Positions 1-14,455 of a stretch of DNA of 64,000 nucleotides are shown one piece after another (position 1 is the stretch's first letter; every line of letters begins with the position of its first letter). Source of the stretch: Ophelia neglecta (lineage: Eukaryota); NCBI GenBank assembly GCA_965285935.1, contig OZ260661.1, positions 63,054,001 through 63,118,000 of the forward strand, in the 5' to 3' direction. The notes under the pieces were generated by a model. The model saw nothing but the letters and a program-made list of their open reading frames with translations. It had not been told where the DNA came from and did not search any database. Made by a program: the position numbers and the translations under genes.

Positions 1-1497
1 CTATAGGGCGCTTAACATCAGTGTATAAAACCCGGTGAGATAAAAACGGCAAGATAGCAAATAGAAGTTTAGATCAAAAAAAAAAATTTAAATCTGTGTA
101 GTTAAAAAATTCAATAGTATGCTAGTTTAAACAGATGGGTCTCAAGTTTGTGGATTTTAGTAATTACATCTGCAAGAAAAATCAAGATGCAAAACGAACA
201 ATACAGAATAAGATTTCGCTTTTGGTTTCCTTGCCAGATTTTATCTAATTGGCTAAAACTCCTCATCCATCGGCCACGTTCTTAACGGATCCATATTTTT
301 TGATTGGCGTCACGGTGCAGTGCTAAAGACCTTTATTAAAACAGGAAGCTATGGATAAAAGGCCATGGCAGGGATGTATTAGTACCTAAGGACAGTCGGT
401 GATCATTCACACCAGCTGTCAACACATCAGGGGAAGTGGAATGAAAGGTCAAGGGAAACGAACGTCTGCTGGAGAGACAAACAATAAAAATATGAAGTCT
501 TACGAGGGAAAAATCCTTGAAGGATCCTTGAAAGGATGTGTATTTTTTTCGCTTGGGAGTGGTTCGCGTGTTGCACGCACATATTGTAGACTATGCCAAA
601 TGTTGATGGAGAAAATCATCAGTTATGCGCAAAAGAAAAATTAATATGCTAGCTGGTAATGAACTAGGGGTCCGTCACTACCTACCGGAGAGACAGCGAC
701 AGGCAAAACTGAGTTGCCCGCAATAATAGATAAGAGAACTCCTTAGATATTTGTCTGTATATAGACTTTCTTGGTAATACTATATAGGCCTAGCTGGGTT
801 GCTCATCGAAACAACTTTATTATATTAAACGCCGACTTACATCATTGAAAGCGGTTGCCTATTTCTCAATGCAGGTGATGTGAGATTTCCTTTTGTTCGA
901 CTTAATTTCGCTAAAATATAATTTACTGTTACTGAACCGCGGGGATCGATGTATAGAAAGCAGCTCACGGTTCTTGCAAGCATTGTGATTTCGGAACAAT
1001 TTAATGGAATATCATTGATCTTGATTAATACTATTTCGAGTTGTCTGTCGGGTATTCACTACCTTTTTATACACAATAGTTTAACTCTGTTTCGGTGCTG
1101 TGATTATCTGGTCTCACTTCTTTCGATTCAGATGAGCATATAAGGAATTGGGCAATTACACAGTCTTACGCGGGGCTACTCTAACCAATTATATATGACC
1201 GAAAAGTTCATGTTTAAAGTTCATACACGTTTCGATAATATAGATTAATTACGAAGACAAAAAATATGAATCATCCGTGATTATCGTGAAGGTGCATCAG
1301 CAATATCATAAGATATTATAATATATCATTTGACATAATATGTTTAAATTACCAAAGGAGCAATACATCTTTCCAAAGTTACATGAAATTATTTCTATAT
1401 AGTAACCAGGCCTTTTTTTCATCTGAGTAGCATTGTAAAATTAATTATTTATTTCTGATCTATCCTTATTTACACATTTTGAATAGTGAAAATCCAT

Positions 1498-1738
1498 GAC
1501 GATGCTCCATTGGTCATGATATTTATCAAATCAGCTGTGTGCACGGAATGAAAGTTACGAGCTTATAGAAAGAAATGATGAAACGGCATCAGCCTTCATC
1601 TTAACAAAACCGGCAAAAATAAGCTGTCGAGCTGCAACGCGACTACCGGCGCTGAGACTGATTGTATATAGCTATGGTAGTAAATTTCATTTGATCCCAG
1701 GCGAGGCTCTTATACTAGCTGACGCTCTCAGCCGAGCA
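1498..1738 (+). mobile_element. Degenerate Ty3/gypsy LTR-retrotransposon pol fragment (RNase H C-terminal part)
   Basis: About 1633-1738 translates as TRLPALRLIVYSYGSKFHLIPGEALILADALSRA, matching the gypsy RNase H end motif (RLxRxxLxLxxY...PGKxxxxADALSR). 1498-1533 reads DDAPLVMIFIKS, resembling the TDHKPLxxIF motif. No intact ORF or LTRs. Confidence 0.5.
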
Positions 1739-4700
1739 GAAAATGTCACATAATGCTAGAATTCTGAACGTTGACGTTATATTCCTGACAAGTGCATTAA
1801 GGAAATGCAGTATCAGAAATACTACGAAAGGCAGGAACTTGTGTCCATATGTTTATTCATACAATATTGCTCAATCGATAGCACTAACAAGATTCCCTGC
1901 TTTCGAAAGGATCTAGCATAGTTACAACATCATAAATAGATATTTTAGACCATAGTACCAAAAACCCATAGTGCTATTATATGTACGTGCCTAATAATAA
2001 ACATATATTTGCTTTCACCAACTTAAAATTCCATTACTAAGCCGTTCAGGTTACATTAGCCCACAAATTGTTTAAAACGGTAATACCATGTTTGTACCCC
2101 AGGGTGCAATTTAATACAACATACATGAGAAGTGGGAAAATCACGGACAATCACAAGTTATTGAAAACTAATACTCTTGGCAATGTGGGCAAGTAATTCC
2201 TTCTTAAAAAGAACAAAGTCAAGCATTCCTGTTACCTCCCGGAGAAAGCATTGTACTGAAAGGGGGATCGATATTCAAATGGTTGTTTAATTAGCAATGT
2301 CACAATTTACGGAAAGGGGACATCGTTTTTATTAACACAGTCCTCGTACAAAGTATTCGGAGACATGTGACTGTTTTAAAATTAGTGATATAGTCTACAT
2401 GTGTATGCAAGACCATTTAGACACGTGTAGGTCAGAATTGCAGAACAATAATCTCTCCTTTCTTAAACAGACCTTGAGTTCCTGCCTTGTCCCTAGACAT
2501 CATAATAGAGCACATACACAATCCCCCTGGTTCCGCGGGCGCTACAGTTTTGTAATCTCTGTAACCTATCAATATTCACAGCAGGCTAGCCCCCCCCCCC
2601 CCCCCCCCCCCCATACACTGACACAATGGTCAAAGTCAGGTTGGTCGAAATAGTAACATGTATTTTGACTGCAGTTAATCCCGTAAAACCTCAAGCAACA
2701 GGTTAGGCGAAAACTAACTACAGAGGGAAGATGGAGACATGACCAAGCTAGTTAAGACAACTTTTCATCGTACATGCAGCCAAGGTATTTACTGTTGTTA
2801 ACTTAATGTACGTTATATTTGGCTTAAATGAATTATCAGTCATTGAATATCGGGGTTAAATTTTGACAAGTACATACTTCCCGACACAGCATTTATGATT
2901 ATGTATAGTCATATGGTTTCGAATTCGGCTGAAGTTTGCTAACAATTATGATAGATACCGCATTATAACTAGTCTGCTACCAATCGAATACTACATTATA
3001 TAAAAGTATAGAAGCATAATATTTGTCGTGAAATAATATTAGTCCCGCAATGTTTAAGATGGTCATGCCCGCTATTCGAAGTTTAATAGAACTTTCTGTC
3101 ATATTTCGGACACCATCATGTTTTCAAGCCGCCAGGTTGGAATTCTGTATGTACTTTGTACAACTGACTATTATAAGGCTGCCTGCTGGCAATATAATTA
3201 TTCTTTACAGGGAAAGTGTGGAGAAAAGTACTCGTAAATTTAAGTCTCACCTGCTACTGCTCAACTCCAAGTTCATGTTGGTTTAGATGTGGTAAAAAAC
3301 CTAACGCTGGATGGCCCTTAAAATAGGACACCCTGCTCGTTTGTCACTCGGACGGAAAAAAACACCTCATCTGCGGCTGCGAGTGGTGACCTCCCTTAGC
3401 CCCCTTCTCCCCATGCTTTCTCTTCTAACGTAATGCATGCAACTGATCCACGGCGTGATATGTACGAGGAAAATGCACGGATATCCTCGCACAATCATAA
3501 CATTGCATCGTCGGCTGCTATAGCTAAAATCTTGAATTTACTCATTTATATTCAGCCATAAAGAGTAAAAAAGGTTAAATATAATTGCTTGTGAAGTGCA
3601 GGAAAAACACTTAGTTATCTAATAAGCTGCCTTAGATTACGTTCTACAATCAGCATGGATGATGATTATCATACTGAAGTTGTCATATCATTTGAGTATA
3701 ATACTGCGAACATGAAAATACAAATATTTCAAAAGATCGGGAATATAGTATATCCACTGTTGACCAAACCACAGAGTTTTCAGATTTATGGAGGAGGCAA
3801 TAAGAAACAGATATATAATACAGCGTATAAAAAGTCCGACCAAAAATAGTGTTGAACAGACACTGTACTCATCCTCACTAACGAGAATAGCATATTGTCA
3901 TATGTGATACACGACGCTTCAATAGGTAAGAGTCACCACCAGATGCTAACGTTACATTCGACGAAACAAAACTGTGTAGTTATCAAATTTGATGCATGTT
4001 TTATATCCATGTCTAAGGGACTACTTCAATATTATTGCTTTGTGTGTATCGAATTCGTTGACGTGGGAGACTTTGGCGTTCACGACGTCTTGTTTTTCTT
4101 TCGTTCTGAGCTTATTTACAGTTAGGGTGCTGGGGATTGATGTTTGTGGGCCTGCAGCAGACTGTTTCTAATGCCATGCGACCGAGTTAAGGAACTAATC
4201 TTAATAAATATTTTTCCTTTGTCTGCCGGATTTGGACTCCCAATTTTCTAACAGTCTGGATACTTCTGGTTAGAAAAGCTGAACGATCATTATTAATTCG
4301 TAATCCTCTTTTTTTTAGATCCTTTTATGAATATTTCTTTAAGTAAATCTTATGCATTTAAATATTTTGTGTGCATTTTTTATAGTCACAATAAGTAGTT
4401 CCAAAGTAGTTCCAGAATTTTATGTTGGTATGAAGAAAATTCGATATCTTGAATAGTCGTTTGTTAAAGCCCAACCAATGATAGAAAGTATGGAGTGCTA
4501 TGATGTATTATCGTTAAGTACCCTCTCCAAAAGCCTACAAGCAAACAAAATCGACAATTGTTGTTGTATGATCGCATATAGTTGTCTCAAAATTATAGCA
4601 AACACATATTAACGCGCTACAATATAGACAAACCAAACAAAGCCATGTACCAAATGTCTATAGTGGAATGATGATATTTCTAATATGAAGAACTACTCAC

Positions 4701-7700
4701 GAAAGGTGATTTTGCAAGATCAGTAGTGTTGGGGAAATCAATGAATCATGGATCTTATGAGGCCAATATTCAGTTGCATAGACCTTCAGTGTGTTAATAT
4801 TGGTCAGGTCAAAGTTCATTGACGAGGATTGGAAAACCATTGCCTTGTTGGGATAATGAAATTGTATTTCCATTCTTCAATTAAAGAGAATTTCGATCTT
4901 ACCTGCTTTATCACGTCAATTTCCCAACTTTTTTTTTATATGACACAAGACCAGATTTTATAATGGCTATTAATTTCAAAAGTAATGCCAATTTCCAGCT
5001 AGAAACTAGTATGGTTTATGCATCCTGACTGTGTGCAATATGTCCTGTGTGTTATAAAAGAAAATGCACTTATTACATATAGCCTATAATTCTTATCGAT
5101 CACTATTGACACTAAAGCCACTACTGTAATTAATAAAAAGCAATGGACACCAAATATGTGGGTATCTTATCTCCACAAAAATGGGCTAAAATAGCCTATC
5201 ATTTTAAACAAAACGATGCCCTGTAGACAACAATAAAATAATCTCAACATGTTGTAAGATTTTTGTTAAATAATACGTTATAATTGTTATTTTCGATTTT
5301 CAGAGGTTAATTATATGTAATAGGTGCGAAAATGTGCCTGTTTTAAACTGAACACTTAAACAATTTATGGCAATTTGTTTAAATTGAAAAATTGCGCAAG
5401 AAACGAGGGTACGCGCGGTTATATGTGGTATTGGTGCAATATACATGTTTTGAAACACATTGATTCAATTGAGCTACCACATGTCCTCTCAGTGTGGGAC
5501 GATAAGACAATATAGCAAAGTGTAGTTTGGAAGGAAGAAACATTTTAATCTTCATTATCGTTTTAGAAAAGGTCATACATATAATAAAACATTTTGGTCG
5601 TTGGCCGTGTTTCAGTTATCCCAACTTGACTCTGACGTCTGTTTGAGCAAGCTGACTTCGCTATGTTAGCAGACTAGGGTAAATATTTACATCACAAACA
5701 ATGAAAGCAGTATTATATGTCATGTTTGTACGTGGTTGTCATTTTACTTATTTCAAAGCACACCCATTATGTGTACAAAGGTAACAGACTTGATACCGAA
5801 AATAAATTGAAATGTAACTAAATGCCAATTCTACTTTGTCCCATGGGTGACTTTTAAATCGAGAAATTTCCTGGCCTGGTGCCAGTGAAAGTTCCTCTAA
5901 ACTTTAATTTTGTATAGGCTATAACTTTGTGTCTTCATTAACAGTATTAGATATACGATTTATATTTATATATTGATTGCATTAGTGTTACTATTTATCA
6001 AAGTATCGACAATTATAAACATGCAATTAATTAATCAACTATATTTGATGATGACTAACTTTGCAAACGACAATATTACAGTACGCAATAATAATTAAAA
6101 CATCTTGTTTAATATTTCCCATTTTTGCCAATCATAGCAAGCAAGTTAGCATTTCCTGGTTTGTAACTAGGACAGGTCAATTTCAAAACGTTGTGCGATT
6201 ATGGTCCCGTTGGATTTTGTTTCAACTTGCACATTGCGTAAAATTATGATCATGTCGTGTATATACCTCCAGCAAACCAACAATCAGTGACATATTCCTG
6301 CATCCTAGAGGAACGATTCAAACCCTATCGTTTTATACGCTGACAATCGAAGAGAAAATTTAAGAGCATTTGTTTAAAAGTATTAAAATTTTGAAAATAC
6401 CCTTAATTTTAAAGGCATGTTAATGATTTGTCTGTTATAAAGCCACTACCTTGTGCGGGTTAGCGGATTTGAAAATGCATTGCTAGTAAAGAAATGCCAT
6501 TTTTTATAAATAGTTTATATTAGATGTATTAGATGAAATGTTCATATGCCAATGATGCCCATATGCATTAGAATCATTGTTTCAATATCCTCCATCCATT
6601 TATCAGCTCCCATTAAATATAAATGGGAAATTCCTTTCGTTGATGAATTAAGGTCGAGGAAATATTTGCTTAGCCCATTACCGATACACCAGATTATTTT
6701 TCCCGCTCTACGACAAAGATCTAAGGACTTGTCGAGGCCAATTGAAACCAATTTCAAGTGCATTGAACATTGACACTCTCTTGTAGTTAACAACTTAGCC
6801 CGTTCTTTGAAGCATTTGTTCGTCTATACTTTCGCAATTATATTAGTCTTATCCGAAACATTGATAATTGGTAAATCAGTGACGGGTTACACGGAATGCC
6901 TGGGGATTAAATAACAAGGCGGTATGGTTGATTTGAAACCTTTGACCGGGTACCCATTATAAATGTTGACTTGACAAACCACACTGGAGTAGGTAAGTGT
7001 TACACAGACAGACAAAACCCATCGTAAGAACACGAGGTAGATTATGGTAGTTGACTTAAAATTTGATTACATTCATAGATCACAAAGGAACCAAGGAATT
7101 TTTCTACCCGGTGATTGCACATCTAAGCCATCTCCTATTTCAAATAGTTTTAGAGATGAGCACCCAACATTTTTATTTGCAGGTAACATTTGTCACATGA
7201 GGCTGGTTGTCGTAGGAAACTTCAAGTGATATTCACTCATGGCAACATACTAACATTGTGTGGCAAGCTATGTGGTTTCAGAACGGCCATATTTGAGTAA
7301 ACATCCATAATTTGGACCCCTTGCCAAACACTGTCCGAGAACTCATCAGGTGAACCGTGCCCAAATACTCGTCTCACAGGTGACTTCACCTTAACAATTG
7401 CGGGATAGCACAATTTCGTTATTAAACGTTTAAAATTTTCTACCAACATACATGCAACATTTTTTCCACCAAGTATACCGTGCATTGTCCCAAGACACAT
7501 ACACAAGTTATTTGAAGTGGGATTATGGAGAATAGAAGTCAAGAGCCTATGTTGTATAATAGTGTTTGGTGAACAGAGATAAGAGCGGCCTGTTAGCAGC
7601 TTTAAGTCTTTCCGCTGACAAGATATCCGTTTTATTGCCTATGTTATGTTAAAGGGGAGGCCCACAGTAAAATGGATTCAGGGTTTTACTAAATCTATGG

Positions 7701-8797
7701 GATATATACGGTGAGTAACATAGATTTAATGATGTGAATTTTAAAGCTAGTTGCTCTTTTAATTTGGACACAATACTTACTGCTTGTTATATGATGCGTA
7801 TTCAGCTTGCAATATAAGTATATTTGGTGCATTGAAAATAAATGTATATAATTATATATAGCATATACCTTACTAAAAGTAAAGATTTGGGATGGAAAAC
7901 TCCACGACTGATCAGCGCGAATAGTTTAATGATAGCTATTAGCCAACTATTACACAAATACGATTTTCTCCAGAAAACTCTGGACACGGAAGTCCGCATC
8001 CTGATGAGTTCGGTATTTAGAATTTTCGATTTTCGCGCTTTATTAAATTGACCCTCTAACTGCATGCAATTTTGCGCATTTTATGTTTTGTTTAATAGAG
8101 CCTCTATGTTTCCTCAGTCATCTTCATTTAGATATGAGTGAGCGATTGCAACAACAAAAAAGTTGTTTGACACTAGGAGCAAGATTTCCAGCAACGCAGC
8201 AACTTGCTTAGAAAAGCCACGTAACCTGCCATATACGGGCCACTTTGATAAATTAGGAATTTTAGAGATTTTCTGCTCGTTTATCGAGACCTGCGTGACA
8301 ATTAACCATTGTGACAAATTGTGATTCAGTCTTTGGAGAATTTAATTATTAGAAAGGATAGAAATGACCGTATAAAAATACAATGGTCCCTTTGTGGCAT
8401 TCTGAAACTGATCCGCATGCATGCAGCTTTAGGCCTTCGCCATATTTACATGTCTCCTTCAACTAACGTGGTATACAATACATTCAATGTAATTAACTTG
8501 TGCATTGGACGCTCTCAGTGGACCCCGAAGATGAAGCATAGTTTGACTTCATTTACATAAGGAGTTGTTTGCAGATTGTCTGCCCCACAAAGTGACTCGA
8601 CTATTATCGATGTTTAGTGAGTTATATTGATTATGGTGTCTTCACCATAGCGCCTGGTACAAACTGTTCGATATTGGTGGCTTTGTCGAGTCTATATGAA
8701 TTCTTTGCTACTGATTTAAGGTGATGACTTTAACTGTGGCCAGGTAGAAGCAACTTGAGTTAAAGACCAGAACTTGGATACCAAGAACGCAGCGACA

Positions 8798-9688
8798 ATG
8801 GAAGAACAAGACTCGTCCTCCTCCCACCTTGGGCCTCCCGCTGCAAGGAAAGGTATGAGCAGTCGCAGATATAGAGGTAATATTTCCCTCAGAGCAGGTT
8901 TATGTCTACCTCATGGAGGAAGAAAGCTCAACTATAAAGGTCCAAAATCGGATTACTATAGATCGTCAAGAGCGATGGAAAGTGATCGAGGTGACTCTAG
9001 TCAACCGCCATTGGCGGTAAGGAGGTATATTGGCGGTTACAATTCTCGTTTGGAACAGTTATCTGGCGACTTCATATACAGACGCGACCCATTTTGCCAA
9101 GCCTTGGAGGACTGTCCTCGAGTCTCAATGGCAGTAGTCGACAAGGCCATCAATCCAGTAGAAATAGTAGCCGAATTTGGAAAGGAAGAGAAAAAAGCGC
9201 TTCCGGCTTATTATTATACGCAATCCGGAAGACAGACGATTAAAAAGAATAAGGGAAATGATTCCTTAAAGGATAGTATTAAATCACCCAACTCATCTGC
9301 CCCTTCATCGCCTAGATTTCAGGCAAAACGTCGGTTTGGTGGTGAACCGCAAGGGGGCTTTGCTAGTCCGGAGAAAAATTTCCAAATATATTTTCTTCCT
9401 CCGAAACAAAACATGTTGAAATTTAATATCAAAGACCCTGCTACAGATTACGCTTACGCTTTGCCACCTCACATGCAGAATTTCATTGTCTCGCGAGAAT
9501 CGACGGAATTTTCGCGCGAAGTGTCGAACATGACATTAAACTCGACATACGGTGAATCAGTGCCAAGTTTTCCGGGAATCATTCATGATCATCCTCGTTC
9601 AGCCAAGTCGCACAATGGATATGGAAGACACCTCGGACACAGTTCGAGTCCATTTGGCCTGCCTGGCAGAGTAGGGTCCTTCAATTAA
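8798..9688 (+). CDS. Uncharacterised intronless basic S/R/G-rich protein, 296 aa (orphan paralog A)
   Basis: An open frame of more than 900 nt in AT-rich DNA, GC-richer than its flanks. ATG at 8798 in good context (ACAATGG), stop TAA at 9686-9688, AATAAA near 9963. Shares motifs with the ORF at 13718-14455. Confidence 0.8.
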   Translation: MEEQDSSSSHLGPPAARKGMSSRRYRGNISLRAGLCLPHGGRKLNYKGPKSDYYRSSRAMESDRGDSSQPPLAVRRYIGGYNSRLEQLSGDFIYRRDPFCQALEDCPRVSMAVVDKAINPVEIVAEFGKEEKKALPAYYYTQSGRQTIKKNKGNDSLKDSIKSPNSSAPSSPRFQAKRRFGGEPQGGFASPEKNFQIYFLPPKQNMLKFNIKDPATDYAYALPPHMQNFIVSRESTEFSREVSNMTLNSTYGESVPSFPGIIHDHPRSAKSHNGYGRHLGHSSSPFGLPGRVGSFN

Positions 9689-12600
9689 ATAGTATAAACA
9701 TATATATGTGACGGACTAGAATTACGGAGAAATACCGACTAGATGTGAAATGTGCTTTATCTTATTTTGGAAAATATGTGCTTAATATTACTCCACATTG
9801 CAACATTTTCAGTTGTACTAGCTTATATTATCATAAAGCCATACCTGTTTGTTACTGACCAATCAGAAGCCACTATCATCTGTACGTGTTCCATTTCTCA
9901 AAAGATGTTTGTGACTATAGTTTGAATAGCCAACGTGGTTGGTCACAATGTAATTTAATGAAAATAAATTGTGTTTGCATTTGAGTGCAAATCATCTATA
10001 TATTCTATAACTTTGAATTTATAATTTGGAATTTGGAATAAAACGAGAAACTCCATGAAAATAAAAAAAAGAATAACAGGACCGCTATGTCGTTGAATGA
10101 ATGCAATATTGTTCCAGCTGTAGGCATTATCAGATGCGTGTGGTTCGCATGTAAAATTACACTTAAATGAAAATTATATATGGTAAAATTCACCAGCATT
10201 TGAGACGTATCAATTTTATAATTTGGACACTTGTGCACAAGGTCAAGCTTTTGAGGGGCTCTAAGGCAGCCTACCGCCCCCCCCCCCCTCCGCACACACA
10301 CACCCACACACCCTCACACACAATCACAAATTGGTTTAATAAAAGGAGGGTGTAATGGGCCTATTTCATTTTCGAATGTTTTTCATAGATCCTGTGTCGA
10401 CAAAGTATGGGAAAGTGTTTTTTTTTTCGTAATTTCAACATCGGAGGACCGACCCCCCCCCCCCCCCCCCGACCCCCTACACTTACACACAAACTGACTC
10501 TTCGGGAACCCGGGCGTGCAATGCATATACACCGAACCTAAGAATCACAAATACAATGTAGGTGCAAAGTCCAATACAACTTTCCATTATGTATAAATCT
10601 CGGACATGATAAAGACAGGAGACGGAAAATTTATGGCCAAAAAGCTCTTCACTTCGGTGCGCATAGTTTCGTTTAGGCCTACAAAGGAATAACAAATATT
10701 GTTCATATATTGAGGTAACATAAACATGTTTAATTTAGTACTTAACCTGTTTTTCTGTTTGACAAATTATTTCTTGTAATCACTAGGCCTATTGCTAATC
10801 TATTATGTTTTAAGAAAATTAAGTGCGATTGAAAAATGATAATTAGGCGTACGTGTAGACGTACTCCTGTACAGCAACGGTATCGGGTCAACCGTTGATG
10901 GAAATGGCTACTGGCAGACCGTAACACGCATCAACGCTTCGAATTCCCTGACTACTTACCAAGAAAGTAAATATTGAACAATCTTTTCAGCCACTTTGAA
11001 AACACTCACCGGGATTATAAGGGTCCCCGTCAGCCGACTCTCATCTTTATAGCAACGTGCTTCATGTCTCTTAAAATCATGACACACGTGATCAATGGGT
11101 TCAGATCAACCACTTTGTTATCAAATATCACTTGGAGCTCATTATCAGGCTTTGATGAAGGCTAGAAAACATGTAAATGGCGTAGTGTTCAAACTCTTGG
11201 GACCAAGTGTCTTCCACCTCAGAATGATCTCAATAAATAGCAACCTCGAGGGCAGAAGCTTTCTTTTACTTGTGCTGTTGTCATGGAGACCTTAATGATA
11301 TTTCATTCAGCTGCACGAGCCTCCGGTCTAAGCTATCGTTAAATTAAATAGTCCCTGACACGACACTCAAGTCGTGCAGGAAAAACAACCAACCAATGTC
11401 AAAGTCTAGATTCCTAATTTGAATGGCCTCAAGAAACTGTAAATCCTAAAGTCGCACTATTGCATGCATATTCGAAAGTGGGTTAGACTCTTGATAGTTT
11501 TAATATTTTAAAGTCTCAAATATTATTTTAAAGTCCGTATTTTAAACCAAGAGATCAGAGACTATGCGTGTTCACGGTTTCTTCTTTGACATATTGATAT
11601 GACAACACACTTGTATCTGCATAGACCTGTACATAGGGGTAAACAATTGGCCCATAACTCATTTCGCTGCCATTCAATTTTGCATGTCAGTCCCCATCCC
11701 AAAGAGGTTCTTTTAACGCGTATTAATCCTGTTATAAACACCCTTGGCAGACACCATTTCATGCAATTTTCAAATAAAATTTCTTGTCCCAACCACATTT
11801 CAATACTTATATAGCTTATCGAGGTTTCAGAGATCATCTTTAGGTATTTAATGTTTCTTTGAAGACAAAAATCAACAGTAAAAGACAAAGCTCGGAAGAC
11901 AGATAACTATAGAAAGAAAAAAAAAATTATTTTCAAGATAAGTTGCTGACATTTACGCCTCAGTAAGCGGGCGATAATAATCGATTTTTGTCGATATAAA
12001 ATATTTTATTTTATCTTTAAAAAACCACTTTAAATAGATACCTAATCTTGTTTAAATTAAACGTTAAAATAGATTTCAAAATATCAGATTACTGGCGTTA
12101 TTGTGATTTCATTGAGTTTTTTTCCATTATAAGAAGGCTACTTCAGTTGAGTTTTTGACAAACAAGCGATTTTATATTTACACAGTAAGCTGAAACCATC
12201 TATAGGAGGCATGAATGTGCACATTTAGGCATACATATATATTTCTTTAATGAAAATTTAACCATGATGCACCATGAGATGGGATATTTCATCTCTAGAC
12301 GCAATCGGAATCAGTTAAATGTTGGCTACAAAATTATTAGGGATAGGGTACAGGTGCAGTGGAATTCTGGTAAATCTTCACTCCTTAATTTTATCCGTCT
12401 ATCACATAAGAACACCGATTTGTTACCAGCATACCTGTGCCAAATAAGTGGTCTTTTGATAAAAAAAAAGAAGATTATTTTTCGTCCTCTAACAATAACA
12501 CAAGACACTAACTCTTGTTTCGAGCACGCTTGTGATCGAGGGGGATATTAATTATGTTGGTCAAAAGCTCGATCACTTGTTGGGTGGTTGTTTTTTCTTA

Positions 12601-13717
12601 ACAACAAGCAGCCTATCATCTACTGATACTCGTTTGCTCTTATAGACTTACGAGTATTAGATCAAGGCTGTCATATATAAAGTTAAGGCTGGAGTGGATG
12701 AGATCATTTTAATGAATCTGGGGGAATCGATGCTACAATTAAAAGGGGAAGAACATAAATAACGTGCAATTCGTAACGTACTTCCGTTCATTGTCACCCA
12801 TATAGGTGTTATGTTTCTTTCCGTCAGTTCAATGTGGAATAGATATCGGCCGATATTTGAACACAAAACATCAATACTAGACAGTACAATACAAAAGCAG
12901 CACTAGAAATTGCTTCTAAATATGGGTCTTTGATAATTAACGTTATTTATAGGCAAATGTGTTGTTTTAGGACGATATTATGAGCGCATATGGGAGAAAG
13001 AGGTCTTATCATTCCACCACAACATAGTAGTCCCCTCCATAGCATGACGTGGACTTTCAACCAGAGGACAAAGCTGATATCCCTCTTCACAAGTGACCAA
13101 AGTTTGCATATGGCCGAGAATTGCGATAGCCTTTCGGGCTTTGTGATTTTCTGTTGGGCTACTTCAACCATCGCCATAAAGCTCTTGTTGGCTGTAAATG
13201 ACCCACACGCCCGATATTCATGAGCGCCACAGTAAACAATAAAGGAGCCTTAACATTTGCATTCTGCGTGGCTGTGTATGGCAACAAGTCGACATCGGGC
13301 GAAGATATCATGAGATAAGAACTCACCTTGTAAAGGATAAGACGAGATACTCTTCAAACTGACAACAAGTGTCGATAGCCAAGCAAACAAACTTTATGAT
13401 TTGAAGTTGCATTATAAATACGTTGCATTATAAATCTACAGCTAAACTGGTCGTTTGCTGTGTTGCTTACACGGAGGATTGCACAAGGGAAAAACAAAGG
13501 ATTCAACACAGGTCGAGTTTGTGCTTTGCTAAACATTCAACGTAACATTTCTATGGTACAGCCTAGGCACCGCTCTTAAGTTACTATATCAACATTGTCC
13601 CTTCTTGACCATCGCTATGGCTGTTGGACACGCCAAAACAGAGAAAGGGCAACCCCAAACTTTGCTACAGTAAAAATGACAACATTGATTGTTTCGACTA
13701 CAACACAGGAAAAAATA

Positions 13718-14455
13718 ATGGAAGGAGAAACATCGGGTCGGGATGGCGATGGATTCCAAGAGGCAAAGGTTATGGTTTCAATACCCGGTAATTCCGGTAC
13801 GACGTTTGAAAGAAATGCCATAGAGAAACTTCGGCTAGAAAACCAAAAAATCCAAAGATTTGTATATCCTCCCGACGTTGAAACACACTTCAGTGCAATA
13901 TTGAAACAGGGACCAAAATTTCTGCAGGCATATGTCGATAGGGCAACACAACAGGATAATTCCCATAATGAATTTGGACGAAAAGCGAAGAGGTCTCTTC
14001 CCAATTATTACTATGTAAACAGTGGGGATCCTGCTAGTAACAAATGGCTAAAGAGTAGAGCGAAATGCCTGAGACCTCACTCTCGTTTGTCTTCAGCGTC
14101 TCCGAGACCAGCCTCCAGGCCCGCAAGTCGACAGAGTAGGCCTACATCCAACCAACTTCCTGGGATGGAAAATCCTAGATGCTTCGCTAGCGAAGAAAAC
14201 AACTTTGAAATCGTAACTTCCCTAGAGTCGCTGTCGATGTCGTATCGTAGCTGGACAGTATCCGACGTCAATTTGCGAAAAAGTCATCATGCGTTTCATC
14301 GATTTCCGGTCATGCGTTCGGTTAGATTCGGCGATATTCGAGTTGATTCCGTGAAACCACAAGAAGCATACAGATCTCTTCCAGCAACTCCGCTGACGTC
14401 TTCACTTAAAGGGGCCACTTCGGGAAACAGTTCACTGCGTCCTCAATCATCCTGA
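13718..14455 (+). CDS. Uncharacterised intronless basic S/R-rich protein, about 245 aa (orphan paralog B)
   Basis: Frame open 13595-14455. Best-context ATG is at 13718 (ATAATGG); an alternative in-frame ATG is at 13676. Contains EFGRKAKRSLPNYYYVNSG and FASEENNFEI, matching EFGKEEKKALPAYYYTQSG and FASPEKNFQI of paralog A. Confidence 0.8.
   Translation: MEGETSGRDGDGFQEAKVMVSIPGNSGTTFERNAIEKLRLENQKIQRFVYPPDVETHFSAILKQGPKFLQAYVDRATQQDNSHNEFGRKAKRSLPNYYYVNSGDPASNKWLKSRAKCLRPHSRLSSASPRPASRPASRQSRPTSNQLPGMENPRCFASEENNFEIVTSLESLSMSYRSWTVSDVNLRKSHHAFHRFPVMRSVRFGDIRVDSVKPQEAYRSLPATPLTSSLKGATSGNSSLRPQSS

Noticed and set aside
3895-4270. GC-richer patch with short open frames on both strands
   Set aside because: No convincing acceptor or start and no homology recognised.
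6542-7542. Minus-strand ORFs 6542-6793 and 7237-7542 that look somewhat protein-like
   Set aside because: No recognisable domain, an in-frame stop upstream of the first ORF, and no consistent splice chain. A decayed pseudogene cannot be excluded.
13615-14271. Antisense ORFs over paralog B, and similar ones over the 887-aa ORF and the LINE
   Set aside because: Shadow frames of real coding sequence.
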